The notes under the pieces are model-generated. The model had not been told where the DNA came from and did not search any database. It saw only the letters and a list, made by a program, of their open reading frames with translations. Of a DNA stretch of 64,000 bases, positions 43,154 to 53,488 are shown piece after piece. Where the stretch lies: positions 1,824,001-1,888,000 of the forward strand of contig CAWGMQ010000010.1 in NCBI GenBank assembly GCA_963823665.1, written 5' to 3'. Position 1 is the stretch's first letter, and the number at the start of each line of letters is the position of its first letter. A program made the position numbers and the translations under genes. The stretch comes from an uncultured Planctomycetota bacterium. GTDB taxonomy: Bacteria; Planctomycetota; Planctomycetia; Isosphaerales; Isosphaeraceae.

Positions 43154-46015
43154 ATGTCAAGTGGGACTACACCCTCGCTGGTAAGCCAGCTCGGTTCGCT
43201 GTTCGATGGCGGTTCGGTCGCCGGGTTGACCGACCGCCAGCTCATCGAGCGGTTCAACGGCCGCTGCGATGCCGCCGCCGAAATCGCTTTCGGCGCGCTG
43301 GTGGCCCGGCACGGGGCGATGGTTTTACACGTCTGCCGCGGGCTCCTGGGCGACCGTCATCATGCCGAGGACGCTTTCCAGGCCGTCTTCCTGGTGCTGG
43401 CGCGGAAGGCCCGGTCGATTCGCGATCCCGACTTGCTGGGAAACTGGCTCTATGGGGTCGCGCTCCGCACCGCCCGCAAGGCACGCGTCCAACTGATCCG
43501 CCGGCGCAAGCATGAGGAGATCGACCCCATGAGTCGGCCCGGCGCTCCGATCGAACCGATGGTCGAGCCGGCCGAGCCGGCGGTCCTGGCGCGCGAGCAG
43601 GCCGAGATCTTGCATCGCGAGATCGACCGTCTGCCCGGCCCGTTCCGGCTGCCGGTCGTGCTCTGCTACCTCGAGGGCCTCACCCTCGACGAGGCGGCCC
43701 GACGGCTCAAGTGCCCCGCCGGCACCGTGCGCAGCCGGCTGGCCCGCGCCTGCGACAAGCTCCGCCGCAGCCTGAAGCGCCAAGGCGTCGCCTTGTCCGG
43801 GGCAGGTCTGGCCGCCGCCTTGAGCCCTCGATCGGCCGCGGCCTTGGTCTCGCCCCTTCTGTCCGACATCACGACCAAGGCCGCGATGAACTTCGCGGCC
43901 GGACTGGCCGCCGCGCCCGCCGCGACGGCCCTGGCGCAGGAGGTGCTGAGATCCATGATGATTCACAAGGTGAAATACGCCGCGCTCACGCTGGTCTTCC
44001 TCGGAGCCGCCGCGGGCGGTGCCCGGTTCGTTGGTCAGGTACCGGAGCGTCAGGCTGGAAAGCCTGACCTACCTCTGATCGCGGAGAAGCCCGCTCCGGG
44101 CCGGATGTTCGTGGTGGGTCGCGTGCTCGACCCCGACGGCAAGCCGGTGCCAAACGCGACGGCGATGGTGTGTGCTGCGCTCAAGCAGCCGGTGCGCGGC
44201 GACAGGTTCGAGAATCAACTGTCGTCGACCGGCCAGGCGCAGAGCGACGTCTCGGGCCGGTTCCGGCTCGACGCGATCCGCACCTCCTCATCGCTTCATG
44301 AGGAGGCCGTCGCCGTCGCCATCGCGCCTGGCTACGGCGCGGGCTGGGTCGATCTGGACCCTGACGCCGATCAACCCACGGCCGACATCACGCTGCAACC
44401 CGAACAGGTGATCCAGGGGCGTGTCTTCGATATCCAGGGCCGGCCCGTCCGGGGCGTCAGGATCGCGGTCGAAGCCATGGGCCGCGTCCTCCGGGACCCG
44501 GAAGGCGACCCCGAGGACGATGGCCTCGAAGGCCCCACGTTCACGGGGACGAGTCACGACAAGCATCTGCCGGCCTGGCCCCGCCCGGCGCTCACCGATG
44601 CCGACGGCCGCTTCACCGTGCGCAGCGCGGGCCGGAATCTCCGGGTCGTCTTGATGATCGATGATCCGAGGTTCGCCGTGCAATGGACCAACGTTGATAC
44701 CGACGGAGCTCCCAGCTCGAAACCGGTCGTCATCGCCGTGGAACTGGCGAGGATCATCGTGGGGCGCGTGCTGGCTGCGGACACGAAAAAACCGATCGCG
44801 AAAGCCCTCATTTCCGCCACTGACGGCGATGTCGTCGAGACCGACGCTCTTGGGCGGTACCGCACCCGTGCCCTCGGACGCTTTCCTCGTGCCGAAGCAT
44901 CTGAGCGCTGCATCGTCATGGTGAACGCTCCCAGGGGACAACCTTATCTGAACGTCCGGACGGAAGAGTTCGAATGGCCGAAAGGTGCCATCGAGCATCG
45001 GGTCGATCTGGTCTTGCCGAGGGGAGTTATGGTTCGCGGGAAGGTGACCGACGAGGGATCCGGAAGGCCGATCGCAGGGACGATGGTCGGCTATCTATCT
45101 TGGCCGACCCGGGCTCCCCAATCCGACGCTGGGTATGGATTGGCATGGGCGGGGCCGGACGGAACATTCCAGCTCGCGGTCTCGCCCAAATCGAAACATC
45201 TCGTCGCCTGGGGCCCGAGCGAGGACTATGTGCTTCAGGAGGCCGACGAGCGGATGATCCAGGAGGGCGGGCCCGGCGGCCGTCGCTTGTACGCACACGC
45301 CTTCATCGCCTACGACCGAAAACCTGGCGGTGACGCTCGGGACGTTCATGTCGTGCTCCGCCGCAGTAGCGCCGTGAAGGGCCGGGTCATCGACCCGGAC
45401 CGACAGCCGGTCCAGGAGGCCCTGATCGTGAGTCGAAGCCTCCTGATGCCGTCGGGGTTGCCTTCGCGTTCCTGGCAGGGAAGCTACCAGGGGCATATAC
45501 GCAACGGTCATTTCGAGCTGCATGGCCTGGCAGCCGACCAACAGATCCCTGTCTTCTTTCTCCAACCAAAGCGGAAGCTGGGCGCGATGGTCAATCTCTC
45601 GGGCAAGTCGGGCGCGGGCGGCCCGGTCACTGTCCGCCTCGACCCCTGCGGCCAGGCCAAGGCACGGCTTGTCGACCGGGCGGGAAAGCCGATCGCGGGG
45701 CATCGCGACCCGTATGTCATCGGCATCGTCGTCACTCCCGGCCCATCCAGGTTGAGCAGCGATCAGGGAGATGAGGGAGGCCTGGAGGCCGATCAAGATT
45801 ATCTGTGCCGGATCGACCCCATCAACTATCCGGATGGCTCGATCTCCGATACGAAGGGCTACGTGACATTCCCCGCCTTGATCCCAGGTGCCACGTATCG
45901 GATTCACGACATGAGCGACGAAGACGGCGGGCAACTTCGCAAGACATTCACGGTCAAACCCGGTGAGACCTTCGACCTGGGGGATGTCGTGATTCAGAAG
46001 CCGGAAGCGGAATGA
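43154..46015 (+). CDS. ECF sigma factor with TM helix and extracytoplasmic beta-sandwich repeats
   Basis: AFGALVARHGAMV, EDAFQAVFLVLAR, WLYGVALRTA, LCYLEGLT; GRVLDPDGKPV repeats; FPALIPGATY. Confidence 0.93.
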   Translation: MSSGTTPSLVSQLGSLFDGGSVAGLTDRQLIERFNGRCDAAAEIAFGALVARHGAMVLHVCRGLLGDRHHAEDAFQAVFLVLARKARSIRDPDLLGNWLYGVALRTARKARVQLIRRRKHEEIDPMSRPGAPIEPMVEPAEPAVLAREQAEILHREIDRLPGPFRLPVVLCYLEGLTLDEAARRLKCPAGTVRSRLARACDKLRRSLKRQGVALSGAGLAAALSPRSAAALVSPLLSDITTKAAMNFAAGLAAAPAATALAQEVLRSMMIHKVKYAALTLVFLGAAAGGARFVGQVPERQAGKPDLPLIAEKPAPGRMFVVGRVLDPDGKPVPNATAMVCAALKQPVRGDRFENQLSSTGQAQSDVSGRFRLDAIRTSSSLHEEAVAVAIAPGYGAGWVDLDPDADQPTADITLQPEQVIQGRVFDIQGRPVRGVRIAVEAMGRVLRDPEGDPEDDGLEGPTFTGTSHDKHLPAWPRPALTDADGRFTVRSAGRNLRVVLMIDDPRFAVQWTNVDTDGAPSSKPVVIAVELARIIVGRVLAADTKKPIAKALISATDGDVVETDALGRYRTRALGRFPRAEASERCIVMVNAPRGQPYLNVRTEEFEWPKGAIEHRVDLVLPRGVMVRGKVTDEGSGRPIAGTMVGYLSWPTRAPQSDAGYGLAWAGPDGTFQLAVSPKSKHLVAWGPSEDYVLQEADERMIQEGGPGGRRLYAHAFIAYDRKPGGDARDVHVVLRRSSAVKGRVIDPDRQPVQEALIVSRSLLMPSGLPSRSWQGSYQGHIRNGHFELHGLAADQQIPVFFLQPKRKLGAMVNLSGKSGAGGPVTVRLDPCGQAKARLVDRAGKPIAGHRDPYVIGIVVTPGPSRLSSDQGDEGGLEADQDYLCRIDPINYPDGSISDTKGYVTFPALIPGATYRIHDMSDEDGGQLRKTFTVKPGETFDLGDVVIQKPEAE
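44049..44072 (-). repeat. GTAG-type REP embedded in-frame in the ECF coding sequence
   Basis: The minus strand reads GTAG-GTCAGGCT-TTCC-AGCCTGAC; the plus strand encodes RQAGKPDL. Confidence 0.7.
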
Positions 46016-46025
46016 ACCCCGACGA

Positions 46026-46667
46026 TCAGCCGCCGAGCGGGTTGGCGGCGATGAAGTCGCAGAAATTCGGCCGGCGGTAGCCGGGTAGCGTCCGTTCCAG
46101 CACGTCGGAGTTCATTGTCCCGAAAGCCGTCACCGGCTTATGGGCGAAGCCGTCTGAGAACGCCTGGACGATTCCTCGCTTGAAGTCGATACGCGGGTAG
46201 GCGGCCAGCACGGAGTCCCGGTCGCTGGCCGGGATCTCGTCGAGGCCATCGCCGAGGACATCCGCCTCGACTCCGCCCGTGACCAGCGCGATCTCCGGCC
46301 GCTTGTGCCAGGGGATCTCCGGCGTCGTGTGCAGGGCGATCGCGTCCCACACGACGCCGGCCGACGCTTCATCGATGCCATTGGCCCGCAGGAATTCTCG
46401 GGCCGTGTTCGCACTATCGATCTCGAAGCGATGGTCCGGGCTGCGGTACTTCGCGGTCAGGCCCAGGTCGTGGAACACAGCCCCGAAATACAGCAGCTCG
46501 TGATCGACCGCCAGTCCCCGGTGGCGGCCCCGGATCGCCCCGAACAGGTAGACCCTCAGGGAGTGAGCGAGGATCAACGGCGTGCCATGCTCGCGCAGCA
46601 GGTCGGTTGCTTCCCGAGCCAGCTTGCTGTCGGGGATTCGGATCCCCGCGATGACTTCAGACATCAT
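46026..46667 (-). CDS. HD-domain metal-dependent hydrolase
   Basis: IPDSKLA, HSLRVY, FHDLGL, RFEIDSA and WDAIALHT motifs. Confidence 0.9.
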   Translation of the reverse strand: MMSEVIAGIRIPDSKLAREATDLLREHGTPLILAHSLRVYLFGAIRGRHRGLAVDHELLYFGAVFHDLGLTAKYRSPDHRFEIDSANTAREFLRANGIDEASAGVVWDAIALHTTPEIPWHKRPEIALVTGGVEADVLGDGLDEIPASDRDSVLAAYPRIDFKRGIVQAFSDGFAHKPVTAFGTMNSDVLERTLPGYRRPNFCDFIAANPLGG

Positions 46668-46900
46668 TCGACTCCTACGTAGGGCGTGGTATCCACGAAA
46701 AGCTGATCGCGTATGTGGCCGATCAGCAGGAGATGATGGAGTTCCCGCCCGTCCAGTTCTCCGATCGCGTAGAACCCGTCCCACGGCTCGCCAAACGCGA
46801 ACCCGAGCTTCTGGTAGTAGGCCATCGAGCGCGCAAGGTCACCGACCAGGAACTGGGGAGCGAACGACGTCACCCGCGGCTGCCGTTCAGGGTTGACCAT
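46664..46900 (-). pseudogene. Truncated VOC/bleomycin-resistance family gene
   Basis: APQFLVGDLARSMAYYQKLGF...FYAI; the second half of the fold is missing. Confidence 0.65.
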
Positions 46901-47110
46901 TTCGTGTTGAACTTCGTGTGTGTAGCCGCCTGACTTGTCATTATCCAACAAGAACGGGTAGATAATACAGTGCCGGCATCAGCCAGACAACAACGGGACT
47001 CACTAATGTCTGAACAGCATGGGGCGAATTCGGGGTGCTTCGGGAAAGCGGGTGAAACCATGACGCGAAGGCGTCTTAAACTCGGCACACTAAAGAGACC
47101 GGGGTGAACT

Positions 47111-47833
47111 TTGAGTCACAAACGATGGTGGCCTATCATCACGACTATGTTATTCGCACATCTCCTCGCTGTCGTTGTGATCGGTCTTTGCGAGTTCGTT
47201 TTCACGAGTGCTCGCGAGTCAATGAATTGTATTCCATCCAGTCCACGGTGGGAGACTCTTTGCTACTGGTTTCAATCGGGACGCATGCGACCCCTGTCGG
47301 ATTTTTTTACCGCCTTTGATATCAAACGCTTCAACGCGACCATCGCGGGTATTGTTCTTCTCGGAATGGGGCTCGGCTGGTCAATATGGCTCATGGAACC
47401 GCTTCGGCTCACCCTCCGTTTCCGACTCCGTACGATGATGGCCATCATCGCAGTTTTGCCGATCGAGGTTACCGCGGGTGCGGACGTATGGAACCGGTGG
47501 GCGCGGTGGGATGCTGATCAACGGTTTGCCCCTCTTGCCGCCTTTTTTTCTTCTCAGCGTCAAGAGATTTACGTCCAGGTCGGCGACTCACTTTCCGTCG
47601 AGGTGCACGACCCTTTGCCAGGCACACCACTTCACGGCGATTGGATCGTGCGTGCCGACGGTAAGATCGATCTAGACCGTTACGGGCGAGTCTACGTCAG
47701 CGGCCTGACTGCTTCGGAGACGAAGGAGAAAATCATTAGTCGTCTGCAAAAGCACCTCGGAGATCGGCGGCTCCTACCGATCGCGGCTTCAGAGCTCGAT
47801 TCTCGTACCACCGTCCGGATTAACAGGAAATAG
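47111..47833 (+). CDS. Membrane protein with C-terminal polysaccharide-export (Wza/Poly_export) domain
   Basis: Three TM segments; YVQVGDSLSVEV...VRADGKIDL..YGRVYVSGLT..E motif. Confidence 0.7.
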   Translation: MSHKRWWPIITTMLFAHLLAVVVIGLCEFVFTSARESMNCIPSSPRWETLCYWFQSGRMRPLSDFFTAFDIKRFNATIAGIVLLGMGLGWSIWLMEPLRLTLRFRLRTMMAIIAVLPIEVTAGADVWNRWARWDADQRFAPLAAFFSSQRQEIYVQVGDSLSVEVHDPLPGTPLHGDWIVRADGKIDLDRYGRVYVSGLTASETKEKIISRLQKHLGDRRLLPIAASELDSRTTVRINRK

Positions 47834-47902
47834 AGGGCATTGGGCGAAACCGCTGTCCGGTAGAACTTGAAGTCGCCGTCGCGTGCCTGGAGACCGCTGC
47901 TC

Positions 47903-48586
47903 CTACGAGATCCACAAAACGTTGCATGCCCGTTCGTAGCTCTGCTCCAAGTCGAGCGCGATCACCAGATCGTCGCGCAACGATAGAGGCAACGTCGGCA
48001 ATGGCTGGCCGACCACCAGTGTGTGCGACCAGGCCTCGAGCCGCGCTCGTGTGCCTTTGGTCACCCACCGGCAAGAGGCCGCATAGATCGGCGGCTCCTC
48101 GTTCGCCATCGTCCGGTCCGGATGCCCTACGATTTCCATCAACTGGGCATACAAGTTGAATCGGCGGATGGTGACCAGATCGACGAGGCTCACAGCGACC
48201 CCGTTGCGGAGCAAGGCGGCAGATTTGGGGACAAAGGCCTGGGGCGACTCCGGTCGATCCTTGTTGGCTGGGCTGACAAATTCGATGGCAGCGACCAGCG
48301 TTCGTTCTCGCTCCACATCAAAGATACGGACTTCGTACTCGTATTCATCGGGCGGGTCGGTCTCAACTGACACCACCGGGGCCGTCACAGTCCAGGGGAC
48401 GGTGGCCGTGCCGCCATTGCCATCGATTTCGATCAGCGTGCCGAGATTGACGCGCGGCTCGGCAACGTACCCGGGCGGGAGCTGTTTCCGCAGTTGCTGA
48501 ATGATGGTCGCCGGCCACATGCCATGGAAACCCTCCCACGATGCTTTCTTGCTCACAGGGTGGCGAAAATGATCGCGAAGCGGCAT
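47903..48586 (-). CDS. DUF4058 family protein (Uma2-like nuclease fold)
   Basis: MPLRDHF, WEGFHG.W, LVAAIEFVSPANKDRPE and LPTLPL...LDLEQSYE motifs. Confidence 0.88.
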   Translation of the reverse strand: MPLRDHFRHPVSKKASWEGFHGMWPATIIQQLRKQLPPGYVAEPRVNLGTLIEIDGNGGTATVPWTVTAPVVSVETDPPDEYEYEVRIFDVERERTLVAAIEFVSPANKDRPESPQAFVPKSAALLRNGVAVSLVDLVTIRRFNLYAQLMEIVGHPDRTMANEEPPIYAASCRWVTKGTRARLEAWSHTLVVGQPLPTLPLSLRDDLVIALDLEQSYERACNVLWIS

Positions 48587-48766
48587 GGCCCTCTCCTTCA
48601 TCGCAATTGTATCACGACGACCGTCGATCTCCGACCGGCTAAACGACGCAAAAACCGTTGGCACGATGGCGCCACCTCGTGTGATAATGTCATGGCCGAC
48701 TCCGTCCGGGAGGTGCGGCTTGGTCGACGCCGTTGACTCGGGTGCTTGTGGAAAGCGGGTGACACA

Positions 48767-49264
48767 ATGACGCGAAGGCTTTGGTACCTGATGGCGTTCG
48801 CGGCGGTGTTCGGGATCTTTTTGTCGATCGCAACGTCATCGCTTCAGTCCGGCGGGAACGATGCGACGTTGGCGATCAACGTCGACGACATCGGAACGAA
48901 GGTGACTCTTGTTGGTCGTCTGGGCCAGCCGCTTGGCAAGATGATGAAGCTTCGAGGCTCGTGGAAGTATCCGCGCGGCCTCGTGAAGGACGACTCGCTG
49001 AGGTTCACGGTAACCGAGGTGAACGGCCACAAACTCGCAACACCGGTCGAGTTGAATATCGCGCAGATCCGCGCCCGCTCGGACGATGATAAGGATGCAA
49101 TTCCACAGTACCAGCACCAGAAGGCTCTCGATGGTGTCGCTTGGACTCTCAATGCCTATGAAACGGGCCGCTTCTCGGCGGTCCCCCAGTCCGGCTTCAG
49201 TGTGGCACTTCCCTACTGGCAGCGCACGTTCACTTCGGAAGTGGTCGGCACGGTGGTGCCATGA
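48767..49264 (+). CDS. Secreted/membrane-anchored hypothetical protein, paralogue of 62299..62793
   Basis: Signal-like N-terminus; VGRLGQPLG and AYETGRF motifs; near-identical second copy. Confidence 0.8.
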   Translation: MTRRLWYLMAFAAVFGIFLSIATSSLQSGGNDATLAINVDDIGTKVTLVGRLGQPLGKMMKLRGSWKYPRGLVKDDSLRFTVTEVNGHKLATPVELNIAQIRARSDDDKDAIPQYQHQKALDGVAWTLNAYETGRFSAVPQSGFSVALPYWQRTFTSEVVGTVVP

Positions 49265-49296
49265 TTTGAAGCGTTCGGACCAGCACAGGAGACCCG

Positions 49297-49851
49297 ATGC
49301 TCAGAGCTTACCAGCGAAAGTTCACCCTGCTCGATGTGATGATCTTTGTCGCTGCGACTGGAGTGGCCCTTGGGTGGGAGCGTGTTTATCTGACTTTTGT
49401 TGCTACCGGCCTGGCGGCGATGCCACGTCAGATGGTGATGAAATACTACTTGTACGGAATCGTACCTTTCTTGGTGATGTATGCAGCGATACTGTTGATC
49501 TTGAGCCTGAAACTCTTCCCATCGCCGATTCGTAGCGTTGCCAGACGGCCGGGGACTATAGCGTGTTTTGCCATCATGCTCGGGGTTGTCGCTGCTGGTT
49601 TATCGGTATTCGTTGAGCTCGCTTTCTCGGCGTTCGTCTACAGAACCCTCACTGGAGGGAGAGACATCTACTCAGCGATAGTAGCCATTTTCACTCAACG
49701 CGTCTGGATTGCCGCACCTATCGTGGCAGGTGCGTGGTTGGCCCTCATCCTGACTGCCCGCTGGCGACCTGCCCCCGACTGGGTCGACAGGGCAGGCCGT
49801 GTCTTGGGAATCTGTATGGTCCTGGCCCACTTCATTTCCATGTCGTGCTAG
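49297..49851 (+). CDS. Integral membrane hypothetical protein
   Basis: RKFTLLDVMIFVAATG, RRPG, WRPAPDWVDRAGRVLG; five hydrophobic segments. Confidence 0.75.
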   Translation: MLRAYQRKFTLLDVMIFVAATGVALGWERVYLTFVATGLAAMPRQMVMKYYLYGIVPFLVMYAAILLILSLKLFPSPIRSVARRPGTIACFAIMLGVVAAGLSVFVELAFSAFVYRTLTGGRDIYSAIVAIFTQRVWIAAPIVAGAWLALILTARWRPAPDWVDRAGRVLGICMVLAHFISMSC

Positions 49852-50222
49852 ATCGAAATCCCGATCCCAGGTGCCTGGGAACTCCCTGGAACGAGGCCGC
49901 CAAGCTGGTTCTCGACCCCAAAGTGGACGGCCTGTACTACTGGCTATTGATCAACGAGGCCGGCGAACAAAAGCCTCATTACGGGCGATTCACCGTCGTC
50001 GATCGTCCATCGAAGGTCCAGTACACGTGGATGTCGCTCCATGCGCGTGGTCTCGAATCGCTTGTGACCGTGACGTTCCAGAAAAAGGGCAAGGACACCC
50101 TTCTGACTCTTCGTCACGAGAACTTGCCGGATGACGAGTACGGACGAGGTCACGAGCAGGGCTGGGGTTACCTTTTGAGCCGATTTGCGGATCGATTTCC
50201 GCGCGATCGTGACCAGGCGTGA
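49852..50222 (+). pseudogene. SRPBCC/AHSA1 domain gene lacking its N-terminus
   Basis: HYGRFTVVDRPSKVQYTW, SLVTVTF, TLLTLRHENLP and HEQGWGYLL motifs. Confidence 0.7.
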
Positions 50223-50464
50223 CTTCAGAGACGAGCTGGTCGAGCTCCATTGGACTGAGTTGCTCGATCGCTTTCAGATGCGACTCACGAGAGACCTCTG
50301 CTTCGAGATGAATGGTGGGCATGTCGCCAGCTCCGAAAAATCGGACAGAAGATCCAGATGCCTGATCAATCTCGGTAATTCGTTCCGTTTCCTTTTCGGG
50401 GCCGCGGTCAGGTGTAGCGTCTGGTCCGGCGGCGGTGCACAGGCGGCATCTTTGCAAGAAGGCG

Positions 50465-50985
50465 TCAGGCGAAATTTGCACGACGCGACACGCCCCGTTC
50501 AATGCAACCGAGCAACGTCCACCAATCGCGATCCTGTAGCGCTTTCAGTAGGACCCACAGATTCGGCAACGCATGGCTGCGGATGATACCGTCCTCATCG
50601 GGCTCGACTAACCGGTAGCAACCCGCGTCCAATCGATGCCAAAGCACGCCCGGTTCGGCGTCGACGAAAACGACGAGGTACTCCTGAACTCCGAAATTGC
50701 AGAACCGATCACGGCGACGCAAAAAGTCCTGATCGTCTTCCGAGTAAAACACGTCGAGCACGAAATTCGGTGCTCCATGAAATACCTCGTCGCGCACCTC
50801 ACACTGTTTCTTCCGTCCATAGTTCACCATCGCCACCAGTCCGGGAACCTCCGATTCCTCCGGGGATAACTGGACCTTTGCCAGAACGCACACGTACCAT
50901 CCCGGCGAAAACAAGCGATACCGGTTGACGCACAAAGCCAGGTCCGTCAGAAGCGCGGATTGATGGACTCCGAGCTCAAGCATTT
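50465..50985 (-). pseudogene. Uma2-like endonuclease, 5'-truncated or degenerate
   Basis: GAPNFVLDV, GVQEYLV, PDEDGIIRSHALPNLW motifs. Confidence 0.7.
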
Positions 50986-53396
50986 CATCGCTCCAAGTTT
51001 GGTTGTTTTGCCGTACCATTCATCGCCACGTACGCCTGTCGCCTGCCATTTGGGCTGAAGCGGAGTGTGTCGAAGAAGACTCTCTCGAACGGCGGTCTTT
51101 CGATCCGCTCGCGCTGGCGGCGTTCTCGCTGAATCAACTTATCCTTGAACGAGGCGGGATAATCCCGACGAATGCGCTCGCGAATCGCGCTCTGCTGGAA
51201 GCCGATGAGACAGGCATCGACGGCGCAAGACACGGCCAGCACCGCGAAAAAACAAATGATGGCCAGCCGGATGGCGGATGGCCATCGCGTCGGCGGATCG
51301 GCGAAACGCCGCCGGGCGACGACCAGGAACACCGCACACAGCGCCGCCAGCATCACGGCGACGGCCGCTCGGAACGTACCCGCGAGGATTCGGACCGGCT
51401 GGAGGATCTGGTGTTCAAGCACAGGAACCGCTAGCAATCGCGACAGGACCATCGGCGAGCCGCCGCTGATCTTCTCATTCAAGTCTCGCATGAACACGAT
51501 CAGCGTGTCGTTCTCCAGGAAGAAGAAGCCGACGAGCGCGACCGCGAAAATCGCGAGCAGGACCACGCCTACGCGAAGGGCGTACTTCAGCACGCGAAGT
51601 ACGTACTTCAGCCACCGTCCAATGCCGATCGTCGCCGCGAGCAAACCGGCGACCATCGCGAAGACCGTGGCCAGGCTCACGAGAGTGTACCACTCGACGC
51701 GGAGCTTAAACGCGGCCCAAGAGAGCAGTTCGCCGGTCCGTTTGTGGCCGGGCGCTTGCGCGGCGAACGACTCGGCCAGGGAGGCCGCGGTGCGGCCGTC
51801 GATCGGTTCCCCGAATCGGCGGAACGTCTCGAAGTAGAGCGCACTGTTCCGCAGCTCGGGATCTTTGGTCGTCTCGAGGACCTCGCGAATTTCGGCGTAA
51901 GCCACGCCCCCGTGACCGAACATGGTGAGCGAGGCCCAGCGCTCGGGCAAGTAACGGGCCACGCGCGGATCCTGGGGGTACGCCGTTCGCAATTCGCCGA
52001 CGAGTGCGGCGATCCGGTCGTGAACTCGCCGTCTTTCATCCGCCACGCTGAGGCCGACGAGGTTTCTGACCGCGTTCATGATCGAGATCTTGTCGATCTC
52101 CGTGAGCTCGTGGGGAGGCCACCGGGTCGGGAGCAATTGCTGAATATAATCGACCCAGGTGTTTGTGAACCGTTTCGCAGGGGAGTCCAGCACCATCTTG
52201 CCCTCGAGGTCGAACATCCGTAAGTAGAGGGCATGATTCACATCGGCGACGATGAAGAGGCGGTTGCCGGCTGACGGGAGAGCGTTCAGGTCGGTGACAT
52301 TCCGCATCAATCGGAGCTCGCCGTCGGCCGCGTATCCAATCCCTGGTTTGGTGGCCGTTGCGAGCGCCGCCTCGATCTCCCTGACAATCTCATCAGCCGG
52401 CCGGTGCCCGGCTGCTGAGTGCGCGACGGCGAGCGATGCGAGCGCGGGTGCTCGTCCGGCGTCGAGATCTCGAGCCGGGTGTGCGCGCACCGGTCCTGAC
52501 GCCGATCCCGGCTCCGACCGCGGCCGCGGCGACCGCGAGCAGCAGCAGGACCGCGGCAGCAACCTTGAGCTTGAACATGACCGCTGGCGCAGGACCGCAT
52601 TCATCAGTGAGACGGCTGCCGCGGGGATTGACGCGACCCCCGCTTGCGAGCCGCTGCCCATTGCGAGTCGCATGGCGGCCTGGATGGTCGCGGCGGCGAG
52701 CGGTTCGGAAACGGCCGCCCGAGCTCCGTCCGTGGCCAGCAGCGCGACCATCGAGCCGGCGGTCGGTGCCATCCCGCGGCGGACCAGCCGATTTTTCAAG
52801 AGATCGCGGGCTCGCGAGAGCCGTCCGCTGACGCTACCGACCGGCCAGCGCAGCCGTGCGGCCGCCTGGGCGTGGGTCAGGCCCTCGAGATCACAGAGGA
52901 GGATCGGCACCCGGTACTTCTCCGGCAACCGGCTCACTTCCTCGTCCAGCGCCGCCAGCAGCTCCACCCGGCCGGCGGGAGGTTCCGAGGCGACAGGATC
53001 GAATCCGAGCGGTACGGACCGCTCGCGGTCGCGCTCGGAGCGCGCCAAAGCCTTGGCGGCGACTCGTCGGGCCACGCCGTACAGCCAGCGGCCGAGGGAG
53101 TCTTCCACCCGGACCGATCGAGCCCGGCGCACCAGGACGAGGAACGTCGCCTGAAACGCGTCGTCAACGTCGTTCGGGTCGGTCAGGGCGCACCGGCAGA
53201 CGCCCAGGACCATCGGCCCATGCCGCGCCACCAGGGTCGCGAACGCCAACTCGGCGGCGACCGCGGCGTCCTCCGCCGCGTCACTCCGGGACAGGAATCG
53301 ATCCAGCAACTCCGCGTCGGAAGACACCCCGGTCACGCCCGCGCCAAAGAGCGTGCGGACGTGATGCAGCAGTCCCGACGACTGCACCTTCGCCAT
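50985..53396 (-). CDS. ECF sigma factor with multi-TM C-terminal extension (frameshift near 52590; chimeric end)
   Basis: AFATLVARHGPMV, DDAFQATFLVL, LPEKYRVPILLCDLEGLT; TM in another frame (MFKLKVAAAVLLLL). Confidence 0.85.
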   Translation of the reverse strand: MAKVQSSGLLHHVRTLFGAGVTGVSSDAELLDRFLSRSDAAEDAAVAAELAFATLVARHGPMVLGVCRCALTDPNDVDDAFQATFLVLVRRARSVRVEDSLGRWLYGVARRVAAKALARSERDRERSVPLGFDPVASEPPAGRVELLAALDEEVSRLPEKYRVPILLCDLEGLTHAQAAARLRWPVGSVSGRLSRARDLLKNRLVRRGMAPTAGSMVALLATDGARAAVSEPLAAATIQAAMRLAMGSGSQAGVASIPAAAVSLMNAVLRQRSCSSSRLLPRSCCCSRSPRPRSEPGSASGPVRAHPARDLDAGRAPALASLAVAHSAAGHRPADEIVREIEAALATATKPGIGYAADGELRLMRNVTDLNALPSAGNRLFIVADVNHALYLRMFDLEGKMVLDSPAKRFTNTWVDYIQQLLPTRWPPHELTEIDKISIMNAVRNLVGLSVADERRRVHDRIAALVGELRTAYPQDPRVARYLPERWASLTMFGHGGVAYAEIREVLETTKDPELRNSALYFETFRRFGEPIDGRTAASLAESFAAQAPGHKRTGELLSWAAFKLRVEWYTLVSLATVFAMVAGLLAATIGIGRWLKYVLRVLKYALRVGVVLLAIFAVALVGFFFLENDTLIVFMRDLNEKISGGSPMVLSRLLAVPVLEHQILQPVRILAGTFRAAVAVMLAALCAVFLVVARRRFADPPTRWPSAIRLAIICFFAVLAVSCAVDACLIGFQQSAIRERIRRDYPASFKDKLIQRERRQRERIERPPFERVFFDTLRFSPNGRRQAYVAMNGTAKQPNLER

Positions 53397-53488
53397 GGCT
53401 GATCCCCGAAAGAGCCCGATGATACTCTATGCCTACCATCCCGGCTCGGGGTAATCTCATACAAGATTCTTTCCGGGAGGGGTTCCAA

